NCBI GenBank assembly: GCA_965153285.1
Contig: OZ229115.1
Origin: Podarcis tiliguerta
Taxonomy: Eukaryota
Length of the DNA stretch: 64,000 bases
Reading direction: 5' to 3' (one strand)
The notes beneath the pieces are model-generated. The model did not search any database. It was given only the letters and a program-made list of their open reading frames with translations, and was not told the DNA's origin. The translations under genes were made by a program, and so were the position numbers. Of the stretch, positions 26,549 through 40,490 are shown one piece after another (position 1 is the stretch's first letter; every line of letters begins with the position of its first letter).

Positions 26549-27418
26549 GTGAGTTAACTCTTGAAAGATAAGTGACATGTTATGGTTTTAAACATTCATT
26601 TTTGTTGGGCCCAGTGTGTCAGTACTGCCTTTCCCCCAGTCATAGATTTAGGCAGGCTTAGAGTTTCCCTAAACCCTGGTGCTGTTGCACCCCCGTTTTC
26701 TAGCCTTGAAGAAATTCAGGATTTTTTTCCCTCCGTGTGATTCTTGGCTTCAAATGTGCTCTGATCATCTGAAGCCCAGCATTTTTGCAGGAGAAGAAGA
26801 GGATGAGCATGGGGCAACTACTGTACATATAATACTCTGCTTCTCAAGTGATCCGTGCAATGGAACAGGGATGTTTGCTGTGGTTTGCAAATTTGGGGAC
26901 CTCAGCTGGCAATATATTGTGGAGGGATGGGGGGTGAGGAGAGATGAGCCTTCAGTAAAACTTCCTTCTGTGGCTACTTCAAATGTGGTTGTTCCCACAC
27001 AGGTTATTCAGAAGACTCATAAACATGATTTTGTTAGGACCCTAGCCCTTCCCGTTGTCTCATACTTGGCAATAACATCCCTTTCTCCTTCAAACCCTAT
27101 GCTGGTGTAGCCCTAATGCCCATTACTGGTAGTCTAGAAACTCAGTAGGTTTACATATGGGCAGAAACTGCAAGGTTTACCTATGAGCAGAAACTGTCAT
27201 AATTCCTTCGCAAAACAAAGGCCAAAATCTCTCTCACACACAAGTCTAACCCTTTTCAGGTTTGACAGATTTATACCTCAAGTGTTCTTTTCTTAGACAA
27301 TTGAATCTTAAACCCACATAGACTTTTCTGTTGGCTTATCATGGGGTGTGCTATAATACGGCACATAAAGAATTCTAAACGGTAGGGTAATCCAATATAT
27401 GTATTTCTCTCTCTTAAG

Positions 27419-27635
27419 ATCTCTGTGTTAACCGTGGCAGACACAGTGAGAACCTGTTCCTTGGATCAGTGCTATAAGACATTTCTGTCTCCTGCCACCA
27501 GCGAGACAAAAAGGAAAATGTCCACCTTCGTTAGCAATATAAAGTCATCTGACAGCCCTACCCAGCATGCGGCAGGATTTCAAAAAGCGTTTCAGCTGAT
27601 ACGAAATACAAACAATAGCACAAAACTCCAAGCAA
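27419..27635 (+). CDS. CACHD1: CACHD1 exon 7 (217 nt)
   Basis: ttaag|ATC...GCA A|gtaagt; ISVLTVADTVRTCSLDQCYKTFLSPATSETKRKMSTFVSNIKSSDSPTQHAAGFQKAFQLIRNTNNSTKLQA. Confidence 0.95.
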
Positions 27636-28881
27636 GTAAGTCTATTATTATGCAGTATTAATGGGGTTCCCCCCCCCTTACCCTTGCATCTTTCTTTCCT
27701 GCATTTCCTTTTTTATTTTACTATCTCCTTTTAGCAGGGGTTATAGAGGGTTGTAACATTTTGAAGTACTAGTTTTTGTTTTTATTTTACCTGAAATGAC
27801 AGTGTTTGTTTTTAAATGAATGTGGTGCACAGCAGCCAAAAGAAGGTTTCGTTGCATCTTTGTCTTCACCTCTGCCAATTTTCCTTTCCTCACATGCCTT
27901 AGTAACTGTAAGGCCATGTTAGCTAGATGTTCTGCACAGAATCATCTCATGGGGCAAATAAGGTGATTCCTTTGTGAATCCAACTAATGTCCAAACTGCT
28001 ATAAGTGAGTTTTCATCCACTGGTGCAGAATGGCTCAGATAATGAAATGTATGTAGTTCCAATTTGAAACTTAGAAAATTTGGGCTTCACCAGTATCTAG
28101 TCCTGAGGCCTAGGGGTGTTATGTGCTGTAGGTAAGATCAAGGTAGCACACTGTCTGCCACAAGTCAAGTAACAAACCTCAGACAAAGGGAGTTTTTTTT
28201 TTTTTTTTGTATTCAAACAAAACAAAATAAAACAAAAAATGCATTTCATTCCCAAGATAAATTTTAGTTTAGTAAAAACAAGGGCTGAGTGTTTCACTTG
28301 TGCCAGCGCTTCCTCAGACTTTGTCCTGGTGTCTGTGCACAAAACCAGGCCTCAACATTGAAATAAGTGAAGAATGTGGGAGATTTTACAGCTGAATACA
28401 TGAAAATGCTCCCGAGCAGATGCAGGGTTTGCTACCATGGAGCCACTGCAGAGCAGAAAGAAGAGCTTCATATTGAAAGGTGCCCTTTCCAGACAGTTTA
28501 CTGAAGGAATTGAGCACCATTTGTGTGCAGCAGCTGCTGAAAAGCAAGCACCTTGCACCGTTCCAGCTCCAACAGCATGTGCTGAGGGCAGTTGTACAAC
28601 TACCAGTTTGATCTCTGCATGGGTTGCTTTTGAGCATGCCATCGCAGTCTAATCCGATAAAGTTATTGTGGCCTGCTTGAAGCCCCAAGTTCGTTACATC
28701 CTGATGGTAGTGTGTCTCTTACAAACCTTCTACCAAACATTTGCTGTCTACACAGTCCTGTATATACATAATAGTATACATGAGTAGACGATCCAGTTTG
28801 AAAAGGCGAAAAGTAAGATGGCAGGAATGCAAAACCTCCATCTTTATAAGTGGTAAACAAGAGTATGTAGAGTACATAATA

Positions 28882-29095
28882 CAGTGGTACCTCTGGATAC
28901 GCATACCTCTTGTTGCATATCCTTTGGGTTACGCATGCGGCAAACCCAGAAGTATTTTTCTGGGTTTCTGCGCATGCGCAGAAGCGCTCTACAGCGCTGC
29001 ATGCATGCGCAGAACAGGCACCTCCGGTTTGCGAATTCCTCGGGATCCAACCGGAGCTCCAGAATGGATCCCGTGCGCAACCGGAGGTACAACTG
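28882..29095. mobile_element. Tigger/pogo-like MITE
   Basis: TA|CAGTGGTACCTC...GAGGTACAACTG|TA; internal palindromes TTCTGCGCATGCGCAGAA. Confidence 0.85.
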
Positions 29096-31013
29096 TAGTT
29101 ACTGAAGCGTCAAACTCCCTAGCTGGTGGGGTATAAAGTATGAGCACAATACTTATATCTATATAAAACTCCTTGCAATGCAGACGGATAGAGTCAGATT
29201 GGGCAGGTGGCACCCAATAATGAACTTTTATTTGGTTCTGTTTCAGTGTTCAGGGTTTCGACGCTGTTTTACAGTTTCAGCTTTATTTTCGTAGTTCGTT
29301 GTAATTTTTTCCTTGTCTCAAAAACGCAAGCATGGTTTTTCTATTCCTGTGGGAAACCCTTTTTTTCAAAACCGGCTTCGTGTATCACTTTTGTTCCTTT
29401 CTAAAATAGGCACTGGGAGCGTATGCTAGTCTTTAAAGCTGAGGTATTGTATATTGTGCACAAACAACAGAATGGAGGGGCCATACCACTCCATAATTTC
29501 AGAAATAGGACGTGCAAAGTACTTCCATTTCCTTGTAAACAATCCTTTTGCTTGTTTTCATTTCCAACAGAAAAAAAATTATTATTCTGGTGTGTTGTGA
29601 GGTTTCTAACTTCCTCCTCTCCCAGCAGGCTCTGCATGCATGTCAAATAAGCCACACAGTATTTTTATTTATTTTTTTAAATGGAGATTTGAAATGCACA
29701 TTACTGAGGCATATCTGGTTTGAGAGATAAGAATGATACTGAAAAGACGGGTGTTTGCATACCTCTCAGCTAGTCTCCAAAAGAGCAGTGGCCACCTCTA
29801 ATTAATTTACATTCTTACAGTTCTTTCATTCCAGAGGGTTTCACAACACTTTCATAAATGATAAATCCTTACAAAGCTGTTACGGCAATTCAGTAACCTA
29901 GGATAAAAACAGAAAATAAGTGCCAATAGTCAGATGGAATACAGTCTGTTGACAATGGAAAATATATGGCCGAGGGTTTAAAAACACTTGAGTACCTTGC
30001 ACTGCAATTTGTTTAAGTATGCAATAGAAAAGTAAGATCCTAAAATTGTAAGGAAGAACAGTAGCTTGGGCTATAGAACGGTAAAATAAATTAGGTTACA
30101 GCTACGACCTCTTTAACAGTAGAAGAATGATGTTATGAACAAGTGAATGGTGTCAATAATATTCCCCACACTCAATGTTTTCCAGGCACTGCCTAGCCCA
30201 CTGAATAATGCAGTTCTGTAAACTACTGTCTGCCTGTTGATTTGGAAACAAACCTCAGTAACATTCTGCTACTGCTGAATGGCAAATTGCATTTTCTACT
30301 TCATCTGCCATTCTTCCAGTAGCCCAAGATGGTTGGGGATGCGGTTAGTTTGGAAGTGCTATGTTAAGAGTGATGATACAGAAAACCAGCTTTCATTTCT
30401 CCTTATATTTCCTACTTCCTTCATCCGAAGTGCCAAACTAGATGTGTGTTGTGTTTGTTATGCCTGTTTACCTAGTAAACATAGATGGGAGTCTGCTTTT
30501 TTTGGTGGGTGTCAAAATGTGTACCTTACGTGGCTATGCTCAGATGCTTTCAGCCTCGTCCAGTTCCAATATTGAAAGGGGTGAAATAAGATCCTATGGG
30601 TTAGATCCAGTGTACTAACTCAGGTCCATTAATTTCATTTCGTCTACTCTGTATACAATCCTATATGTTGTTGCAAATTTAGGAATAAAATATTGTAGTC
30701 TCCTGGCCAGCATGCACGCATTGCCATTCCCTCCAAGATGTACACCACATACAACCAGTCTTCTAAATGGCACAAATCAATGTTATTGTGTTTGGATTAA
30801 AGGTTTCTTTTATGTTAGATTCTGGCTTGAAAGCTCTGTAGGATGCAGTAGAGATCCTTCTGCCCAGTCTACCCACTACCCATTATTGCAGTGGTGGTTT
30901 TTATATTTTAATTTACTGCAAAGAGTCTTGATGCTGGGAATGCAATGTTGCAGATACGTAGCATAATGTAACATGTTTTCTAGTCTAACAAGCTCCCATC
31001 TTACATATCTCAG

Positions 31014-31163
31014 ATACAGATATGGTCATAATTTACTTGTCGGCTGGAATAACGTCTAGGGATTCATCAGAAGATGGTAAAAAGACCACACTTCGTGTCA
31101 TCAATGAAGAAAATGGTTTTCTTAACAACTCTGTAATGATCCTCACCTATGCTCTCATGAATG
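31014..31163 (+). CDS. CACHD1: CACHD1 exon 8 (150 nt)
   Basis: ctcag|AT ACA...AAT G|gtaaga; (N)TDMVIIYLSAGITSRDSSEDGKKTTLRVINEENGFLNNSVMILTYALMN. Confidence 0.95.
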
Positions 31164-31404
31164 GTAAGAAGTTATCTTTTTAAAAAGAAAAGAGAAATTA
31201 AACTTCTAAGGTTCTTTGGGCTTTGATATGGTCAATGGTCAGAGATGATAGGAACTGAAGTCCAGCAACCCATTGTGTGGGTAATGAGATGCCTTTTCCA
31301 CTATTTATAAAGATTTCCACATTTGTGCATATATGATGTTTCAGAATTGCTTAATAAGCCGGAGACTTACATCTTCTCATCTGACTGTAACATTTCTTTT
31401 GCAG

Positions 31405-31638
31405 AGGGAGTGACAGGTTTAAAAGAATTAGCATTTCTCCGAGATCTGGCGGAACAAAACTCGGCAAAATATGGAGTACCTGATCGAACTGCTTTACCCG
31501 TGATAAAAGGGAGCATGATGGTTCTGAACCAGCTGAGCAATTTGGAAACCACAGTTGGCCGGTTTTATACAAATCTCCCAAACCACATGGTTGATGAAGC
31601 AGTGTTCAGTTTGCCCTTTTCAGATGAAATGGGAGATG
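31405..31638 (+). CDS. CACHD1: CACHD1 exon 9 (234 nt)
   Basis: tgcag|AG GGA...GAT G|gtgagt; (E)GVTGLKELAFLRDLAEQNSAKYGVPDRTALPVIKGSMMVLNQLSNLETTVGRFYTNLPNHMVDEAVFSLPFSDEMGD. Confidence 0.96.
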
Positions 31639-33763
31639 GTGAGTGCTTCAGGGACCTGAAAATGAAGATGCTTTAAAAAAATAAATGGAAAGGTTTACAA
31701 TGACTTATGTATCTGATAAACTTTGTAGGTGGCATTTTTACATGTCTGCACCTTATGGAAGCTATGAAATTAGGAGGAGAGTTCCTGGAGGTATTGTACT
31801 AAAAACCCTCCATCCACAGTACATTATTTGGAAAATGAGGGCCAGTGTAGCATGATGTGCAAAGATGGTGATGCAGTAGGCTATAAGTAGGTTTGGTTGT
31901 CCTAGTACACCATAGCAACAGTTAATGGCTTACTGTGCTTTGCCCCAGTGTAAACAAGAGCAGCAAACTGCAATCCCTGGCCTAGCCTTACATCCAAACC
32001 GGGAGTACGGTTTGTTTTGCTCCAGACAAACCACAGTGTGAAACAAGTATTTATTCTTGGCTTACCAATCTTTTTACTTGAGTGAAACAAGCCACAATCT
32101 ATGATCTGTACATAATGCTAAACTAGGGATTATGGTTTGTTGCTAGTGAAGCAGAAATGAGACTCCACATTTATGGTAAATTATTAGCCGTTGCCCACAA
32201 TGACATGTGAACCGGGCCATTGTCAAGAATGGGTTCTCTTGTTTCAATTGCTGCATATTCCCAAAGGCCTAACAAAATTCTGACGGCTGCTTTTGTTGTA
32301 GAAAAGTTACATGAGGAGGAGGCAAACTTTCATTGGAAAAATGGCTTCCGCTTTTGAATTGAGGCTCTCTCACCACCATTAGCTTTCTTTGCTCTCGAGT
32401 TCCAGATTCATGTTTGTAAGAGTAAATGCATGTCTGGTAATCCATGGGGAAGAACATTGGCTTGTGGCATACAGGGGACTTCAAGTAGCCACTTCTGGTT
32501 GCTTCTTCACCAAAAGTTTATCTGTGAGACATTTTATTTTATTATTTATTAAATTTATACACCACCCTTCATCCGAGCCAAGATAGTGCTGGGTGCTTAG
32601 ATAAAAACAGAAGACAGAGCTGGATCTTGACCAGTGTCTGTGGTCAAGCTGGTGAGGTTGAAGCAGGCTGAAATTCAGGCCAGAAAAGATAGAGGTTATT
32701 TACATGCTTGGAGAAGGTGGTTAATTCCTGTAATAGGTGGGGTGGCATTTTTTCTTCCAATCAAGTTGGTTGCATAGGGCTGCTGGGTAGACTGGTGTCA
32801 GCAGTGGCCAGGAGCTATATTTGTCAGCTCCATTTGCTACGTATGTGATTCTTTTTTGAAGAAGAAGAAAGAACTTGTGATGCTGTTCCGCACTTCTGTG
32901 GATTGACTTCTGCGATATACGTTAACATGGTGGCTGTCCTTGGAAATCTTAGTTTTATTTTATTTATTTGTGATTAAAGCTTAACCTCATTTGGAGTATT
33001 TGAGAAACCTAGCCATCATGCCTTATGAGGAAAATAGAAAACAAAACATAACAGTTCCACAAGGAGTAGAGCTGTAAGCATTTTATTTGGATCAAATTCC
33101 TTCTGCCGAGTACTTTTAGATGCTCTTAAAGTAAATTCTCTGTGCTGTATCACATGACAAATATCATAAAAGCCTCGATATATTAAGAAACCACCATTCA
33201 GATGAGGAAGTAGATGGTTCCTTCTGCAATGTACAACAAAGGGATTCCAACTTGTAACAAAATTATTCTGTCATTGACTCTCCCACCTTTTTAGTTCTTA
33301 GGTAGTGTGTCAGTTTCACCGTAACAGCCAGTTCCCAGTTTTCCCACCCATTCATTTATTGTCGGTAGGATCTGTAAACACCATTTTCCAGCATATAGTA
33401 GCCTCAGTGCTGAAACCGTAAACAAGATTAAGTCCCTACATCCCCACCTCCTTGGATTTTTTAAATGCTGCCACCATCCCTGACATACACATGTTGGGAG
33501 CAGGACCAGCATATCAGGGTTGCTCTATCCCACCCCCAGGCCCTACCACCAGCTAGCTGAGCCACAATTGCTACTATCTCAGCTGCTGCAGCAACAGTGG
33601 TGCTGGACCCCATTGGACCCTAGTGTTTGCCCCATGGTACTCAGTCCTGATTTTAGACCTACAGAAACAATATGCAGTACATAATTGGCATTTGAATTAC
33701 ACACAAGTGTCGTATATTATGGGCAAACAGCTGGTTTTCCAAAGCATGGAGATGTGCAGCAGC

Positions 33764-33890
33764 GATCTTGCTGAAATTAAGCAGGTCTTGAGTGTGGTCT
33801 GTTCCTGGATGAGAAACAGCCTGGGAACCCTGTGTTTGCTGCTTAGAACTCCCTGGAGAAAAGGCAGGATGTAAATAAATCCATAAATAT
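33764..33890 (+). mobile_element. 5S rRNA-derived SINE (SINE3-type) remnant
   Basis: GATCTTGCTGAAATTAAGCAGG...TGG...CCTGGATGAGAAACAGCCTGGGAA aligns by eye to the 5S internal control region; followed by a LINE-like tail GCAGGATGTAAATAAAT. Confidence 0.6.
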
Positions 33891-35466
33891 AATTGTGTAT
33901 TACTATTTCTTCTCTTTTCCTAAGCTCTTCTGTTCCCACTTATATATAGTACTATTTATTATCTGGGATTCTTGCTGAAATTATTTTGGGAAGTCCATCA
34001 TGGATCTCCATGCTACCCTGGAGGGCAAAGGAAGGAATAGTTCACCAAACTTGCATAATTTTGTGCGACTATTCAAAGGAGCTAAATGTGCATTTGCAAT
34101 TCAAATCCCTTTTTTCTTTATTTTGGGACGGTGCTACTTGGCAGTATGCAGCTTTGAATTGAATTTACTGGACATGATTCCTCAAATTACCATAAAAACT
34201 AATCATGCCCATCTTTAAGTGTTTGAAAACATTCATGCATTTTTCTTTTATCCAGCTACACTGGGCATAAACATTGCTGCTTTCATGTTTAGAATTATAA
34301 TGCTTTCTTTTACCCTGAACCTACTGATATGCATAATCACCAAATGTCTGCTTAAAGATGCCTGTGATTAAACAATATACAAATTGCTGGAATAATAAAC
34401 AAGCAAACCACAAAAGTATATTGGAGCAGCAAAGCTGGTCCACTTTATGCTTCCTAACAGTTGCAATTTTATTTTTTTTATTCCTTCTACCCCACCCAAA
34501 ATAAAAAAAATTGGCACATAGGTTACATCAATACTGCTGATAATATGATAAGTCAAATTCCTTTAGGAAAAATGCTATAGCATTTAGTCTGTTAATTGGT
34601 TTGATTAATTTATTTTAATCAATTAAAAAGGTGCCCCCTATTAATCAGGCAATATATTGTTTTAATTAAGTAGATTAATTATTTCCAAGTTCTGTGCTTT
34701 GCCACACAGGATGGCTCTTGCCTTTCCTAAAACGAGATCTGCAGGCAACATCTAAACACAAAGAAAGGTGCTCCTTTCAGAACAATTGTTGGTTCATGTA
34801 CAGTTGTGTGTACTAATGTAACTGATTGATTAAATTCATATTATGGTGTTAGCCAACTTAGAGTTCTCTCCACCATCCAGTGGTCTCCTTCTTCCTCAAA
34901 AGACTCTGCCCTTCTCTCTGCCTTGTAAGCCTGGACTTGCCTCCAGGAACACATGTGTGATGCCACCTTTCTGACTTCTGTCAAATCCCTCCTCAAAGAC
35001 CACAGTGTTCGTGAAACCTTGAAACAACTCCCTAGTGGCCATGCATAACATGGCTATAACGTAAGCCCAAGCATGTGAAACTGAAACAACTGTGTATAAC
35101 TTCCCTGCATATATTACTTTACAATGGATTCTAGGTGGATTGTACTTCATTCCATAAAACCCCATACAACTGTCTGCTGGTGTTTCGCAGCATGGGTTCT
35201 CATGGGACCACAATGCTATCCTCACAATATTATGGCTGTAGGGATTCTGAACACTCACCTAGAGTGTCTGTTGCAATGGCTAATAGAAGCCGCCCTGCTC
35301 CCTCCGAAAGAGGTAATTTAGACTGCAATACTGTGCATAACTTCTTGGAAGTAAATCCCATTGCATGCAATAGATTGGGCCACAAATCATTTTTCTATCT
35401 CCATATATAGATACCAGAGAATTCCTTATTGCTAACTGTATGCGTGCTTTTTCTTGTTATTAACAG

Positions 35467-35616
35467 GTCTGATAATGACTGTAAGCAAACCTTGCTATTT
35501 TGGAAACCTACTACTAGGAATTGTTGGAGTAGATGTTAATCTTGCCTATATTTTGGAAGATGTCACTTATTACCAAGATTCTTTGGCTTCCTACACATTC
35601 CTAATAGATAATAAAG
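35467..35616 (+). CDS. CACHD1: CACHD1 exon 10 (150 nt)
   Basis: aacag|GT CTG...AAA G|gtaact; (G)LIMTVSKPCYFGNLLLGIVGVDVNLAYILEDVTYYQDSLASYTFLIDNK. Confidence 0.96.
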
Positions 35617-35886
35617 GTAACTTCATGGCAATCAAAATACTTCATGTTTTAAAGGTCAATAGTCAAATCTGTATTGTTATTTTCTGATTCAGGTTGTCTC
35701 TTTGTTTTTGTCAGCTCGTAAATAATCACCTATTGGCACTATTGCCAATTACCTATTGGTTGTTGTTTTTAAGGGGATTGCAGTGTAGTGCTACATGTTT
35801 ACTTTGGACATTTTTATATAGCATGTAATGTGTCATGTATATGATGATAAACATGTGTGCCAACTCCTTTTTCTTTTCATTTTTAG

Positions 35887-36010
35887 GTTATACCCTAATG
35901 CACCCCTCCCTTACCAGACCCTACTTGCTTTCTGAACCACCGCTTCACACAGATATAATACATTATGAGAATATTCCAAAATTTGAGTTAGTTCGACAGA
36001 ACATCCTTAG
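35887..36010 (+). CDS. CACHD1: CACHD1 exon 11 (124 nt)
   Basis: tttag|GT TAT...CTT AG|gtaaga; (G)YTLMHPSLTRPYLLSEPPLHTDIIHYENIPKFELVRQNIL(S). Confidence 0.95.
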
Positions 36011-36595
36011 GTAAGACTTTGGATTAATGCTTCATACGTACTTGCTGCATGCATGCTTAAGCTTCAGTGGAAATTATGCTGTACTCAATGGTTACAATTC
36101 AGCAGCTGCGATTCACTTTGGGGTCTTACTGGTGTTTTTAGTGGGCAGATTCTCCATACATCCAATAGGAAATCTCATGGTTTTGAATTGTGCTCATAGG
36201 TTCAGTTGCCATAGTTTAGTTTAAGGCTGCAATCCATTCTCTTCCTGCAAAAGTACCATTGAAATTAATGGGGGCAGCACACAATTATATGAGCTTGCTT
36301 ACGGTTTCCCAACATTTCATTGGGAACATTGCTCAGGAGAATATTGGGTTGTCCACAGGCCGTCATCCCAGAGCCAAATGGTACTTTCTTCCATTTCTTC
36401 TGGGGATGTGTCTCACCGTTTTGAATACCTAATCACCAGATACTCATTCTGGATTTTATTTCCCGTTTTTAAAATCCAGGTAAGTTCACTGGGGTGACAA
36501 GGGACAGTCCTGTCCTCTGTTCACATGTTTGCAGAGTATTGTTGTAACTTTTCTATCCTACTAGCTCTTATTTTAACAAAGTTAATTTGTATGCA

Positions 36596-36835
36596 CAGTG
36601 GAACCTCAGTTCTTGAACATTTCCATTGACGAATGTTTCAGAACCCAAATGCCAAAAACCCGGAAGTAAATGCTTCCGTTTTCGAACAAGCCTCGGAAGT
36701 TGAACAGCTTCTGTTGAGTGTTTTTCAGTTTTCTCAATTGAATTTACTGACAGCCCTTTGTGCCTCTATTTTTGAACGTTTCGGAAGTCGAACTGTCTTC
36801 TGGAACGGATTACATTCAAAACCGAGGTTCCACTG
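36596..36835. mobile_element. Tigger/pogo-like MITE
   Basis: TIRs CAGTGGAACCTCAGTT...AACCGAGGTTCCACTG; TA at the right end, CA at the left. Confidence 0.82.
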
Positions 36836-38168
36836 TATCCTGATCTTGAAATCATGACTCGTAAGTCAATATAAACATCATTCCCATCCCCATTCAGCCA
36901 TTAATAATTTTTACAGACTACCTCCACCCCAATGGATTTAACGAAGTTGTGCGGAGATGCCAATAGTGGAAACATTGATTCTACTGGTGTGTCCCAATTG
37001 TAATGACAACAGATTTTTCAGCCTACTTCAGTCTCTGTATTATTGCTGTTACATGTTTTCAAGGCTGCAGCTAGCCATTAATCTTTAAACCCTACCTGTA
37101 TTGTCTTTGTTATATAAACTTTGGTATACTCCACATATTTGACCACTCACAATTCAAATCGCTTTACTAAATAAGTCTTGACTCTAAAATAAATAAGTGT
37201 TACCTTTCTTAGGCTTATTTATCTTGTACTTATAAAACAGCATGGACAATAAACCTGAGGCTGCAAATATATAAACACAGAAATCAACTCTGTTGGTTTT
37301 GCTGTATGTCATCCTGCACTTTTAGTTCTGTGTTCTGCCATATAGGCTCATAAAGGAATTACATGGTTTAGAACAGACATGGAAACCATCAGTTACTTGA
37401 GAGAAAAATGCTAGGCTATCAAAACACATCAACTTGCAAAGGACTGGACAGTGTTATACAGTCTTGCAAATAGCTTTTATACATTCATCCGCAGCTTCTT
37501 AATAACCTTTTCCCACTTCCATTCCCTACTCACAAAGTACCAGGGCACCATCCTTTCTGTCTGTCTGGGCCCTTGTAGACTTCTGAACCAAATGCCCCTC
37601 CTGGCACTTTAAGCTTGAGAGAGGTGGCAACAATAATACCCCAGCATTCCTTAGCTGGGGAAATTGACAGCACAGTGCTATCTACCACAGCCTGTCTAGA
37701 TATTGGGAACACCTGGTGTGGAAGAAAATGGCCATCCTTCAGGGTTGCCCTGTGCACTGATGCACAAAGTCTGTTCCATAGTGCAAAGATTTCTGAGCAA
37801 AGCAAAGATTAATTTAGCAGCTGATAGGAAGTGTTGTCATTTGTACTGTTGAGCATACAAGCAGCTAACTGTACCTCTGCTGCTAAACACAAACCAATGC
37901 CTCTGGTGATTTCATTCCGCTGGTGATATTATCACCGAGATCTCTCATCCAGAACCAGTCCATCTGATCAGAGTGGTAATACCACAACCAGCAATGTTCT
38001 GGGTGGGGAACTGGTAATTATGATGTAGCAAAGCATTCCACTTCCATTTTAATTAAGAAAAAATTCCTTAAAGCCCTTCTTTAAGCAATCTCATTTTAGA
38101 GTAAACAGAAGCCTCAATGTTTTTCTCCCTGTTTAATAAGTGATGGATATTGTTTGTTTCCAACTTAG

Positions 38169-38286
38169 CCTCCCTCTAGGCAGTCAGCTTATTACTGTCC
38201 CGGTGAACTCCTCACTGTCTTGGCATGTCAACAAACTGCGAGAAATTGGGAAGGAAGCCTACAATGTGAGCTATGCTTGGAAGATG
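38169..38286 (+). CDS. CACHD1: CACHD1 exon 12 (118 nt)
   Basis: cttag|C CTC...AAG ATG|gtaagt; LPLGSQLITVPVNSSLSWHVNKLREIGKEAYNVSYAWKM. Confidence 0.95.
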
Positions 38287-39748
38287 GTAAGTGACAGAGC
38301 ACCCTTTAAAATATGCTAATGTATTGACACGGAAGGAGAATTTTAATTGCAGCAGAACAGGTATTCTTTTCTTAATATTTCCAAGAATTTTGAGTCTGTT
38401 GCATGGCCTCTGGGCTGCATGTTATCCGCATAGAAGCCTAGCTCTCAGTGCTGAAGGTTATACCCTCAGTAAATTGTTATACCCTTAGTTATAGCCTTAG
38501 TAAAGCTGGAAGGTAGTCAGGTGACAACATTAAAGGGCCTTACTATCAGCACTTGGTGCTGTCAGTAGATTCCGCTTTTTCTGTTTGCAGTTACCATTTC
38601 AATTCAAAATAAAAAAGGGTTCCCCACCCCCTCTACAGACCGACAAAGCTGTCCACAAAGGTAAAATGTTGATTTGCAGGCATGGTTTGAATCCAAACTA
38701 CATCTGCAAGCACACAACTTCACTCTCAGTGAGCTCACTTGCTGAGGAACAATAGATTGTCTCTTGGTGGCCAAGTCTTTACTGTTTCACATATGACGCC
38801 ATATATGACCCCAGTGTGGGACAAGTTGGCATGTGGTAAACAGCCTCATGGAGCAAATCAGGACCCTTGTAAAGCACCGTTAAGCTTGCCACCACTGTTC
38901 TACATGATCCAATATTCTAAAAAGTCTAAACTTCCCTGAAATTTCTTTTCTTTGAAGTATAGTTGGGATGAATTAGGAACACTGGTTCCCATATACTTCT
39001 TGCCACAGCACTAACATACATGCCAACGAGGAGGACTGACATATGTGACTACTCCCAAATCATACCAGATCTGAGCATGGCATTTTCATAGCTGAGGGTC
39101 AATTTAAATATTCAAAATTTTAACTTGTCATGTAACGATGCCAACTCAAACAAAATATTTCATCACAATAGTGTAATGCGTCAATTTCAGAAAGTTGGAA
39201 GGAAACCTCACTCCTAAACTTTTGATGTGCCTCTTCCAAGTTGCAGCACAGTCTTCCATGTTGCAGCACAGAATGGCTTTGACAACTTGTCAGCCTCCAT
39301 GGTGAGGACAAGAGAGAAAAAAATGGATTGTATGCTCATTCACAGTGTACAGAATTATCTTTTGCGGCAGATCTATAACTGCTGACTTCCTGGGGCTACC
39401 TTTGTGAACTCAGAGCTGTGTAGTTTTCCCTCAGTAGTTCACATCATTAAACTACTGAATTGTGCCTGTACTACTTCTTTGTCCTAGCCATTTTGGGTTG
39501 TTGTTGTTTTAAGAAACAAGAAAATATTTAGTTGCTGAGCCACTAACCTAAAAAATTTTTTTTGCATGTCTCAATAGTTGCACATTTAGAAGTACTCTTC
39601 TAAAATGTTATTATTAATTGCCTTCCACAAGGCGATGTGCTCTAATTATATAACTTGTCCAAATTTTAATTTTAATGATTCTTAATTTATTTTAATACAA
39701 ATGCTTTCCTTATTAACTTTGACGATCTTGTGGTTGTTTTTATTTTAG

Positions 39749-39917
39749 GTTCAAGATACATCATTCATTTTGTGTATTGTTGTGATACAGCCAGAAATAC
39801 CTGTTAGACAACTTAAAAATCTCAACACCGTACCCAGTAGCAAGCTGCTTTACCATCGACTAGATCTCTTGGGCCAACCCAACGCTTGCCTGCATTTCAA
39901 ACAACTTGCAACCTTAG
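39749..39917 (+). CDS. CACHD1: CACHD1 exon 13 (169 nt)
   Basis: tttag|GTT...TTA G|gtaaag; VQDTSFILCIVVIQPEIPVRQLKNLNTVPSSKLLYHRLDLLGQPNACLHFKQLATL. Confidence 0.95.
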
Positions 39918-40375
39918 GTAAAGCGTTTATTTTCTGAACTCCATCCATTCACCAATCCATTGCTGTAAGCTAAAATAGTTATACATTATCAAATCACCAG
40001 CCGGGAAAACCCTGTTTGATCCTTATCCAATTGTTATTTATATAAATAGCATCTAAGATGTCCATTTCATATGTTAGATAAGGAGAAGCTGAACTCTTGC
40101 AACTGTTTTCTTTTTTGTATGTTCAGTGAAAGATTTCAAAAGACCCACTTTCGGGTGTATGAAAATCCAAAGGAATTATTGGCTTTATGTCCCAAGTCCT
40201 GGGGACTAATCCCAGCCCACACAAAGCAGTGCAAAGGCTGATAGTTAAAACTCCAGGGAACTATGTGGTTCCATAGCACAGCTCAGGAGAACAAGGGCCC
40301 CAATCTCTGTGCTCATCTGACCAAGCTCTGGAGCATCCTCCTATTTAGCTGACCTAAAGCTTAGAAGGGAAATCT

Positions 40376-40490
40376 CATCATGTTTCGCATGCAGAAGGTC
40401 TCAGGTTTAGTTCCTGGCATCTACTCTGCCTGAAACTTTGTGGAGCCACTGGTGTGATTCAGTATACAACAGCTTCCTGTCTTTCTAATT
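40376..40490 (+). mobile_element. Squam2-like SINE fragment
   Basis: GCATGCAGAAGGTCTCAGGTTTAGTTCCTGGCATC...CTGCCTGAAAC...CAGCTTCCTG. Confidence 0.55.

Noticed and set aside
26679-27110. 143-aa ORF in intron 6, the longest in the track
   Set aside because: Non-ATG start, no recognisable domain, and exons 6 and 7 already join in phase.
28741-29213. Cluster of ORFs on both strands
   Set aside because: They come from a GC-rich palindromic Tigger-like MITE with few stop codons; no protein family resemblance.
31880-32220. Possible PIF/Harbinger-like MITE (similar AAACCA/TGGTTT-rich block at about 10260-10520)
   Set aside because: Too diverged to define TIRs or a TSD by eye, so not reported as a feature.
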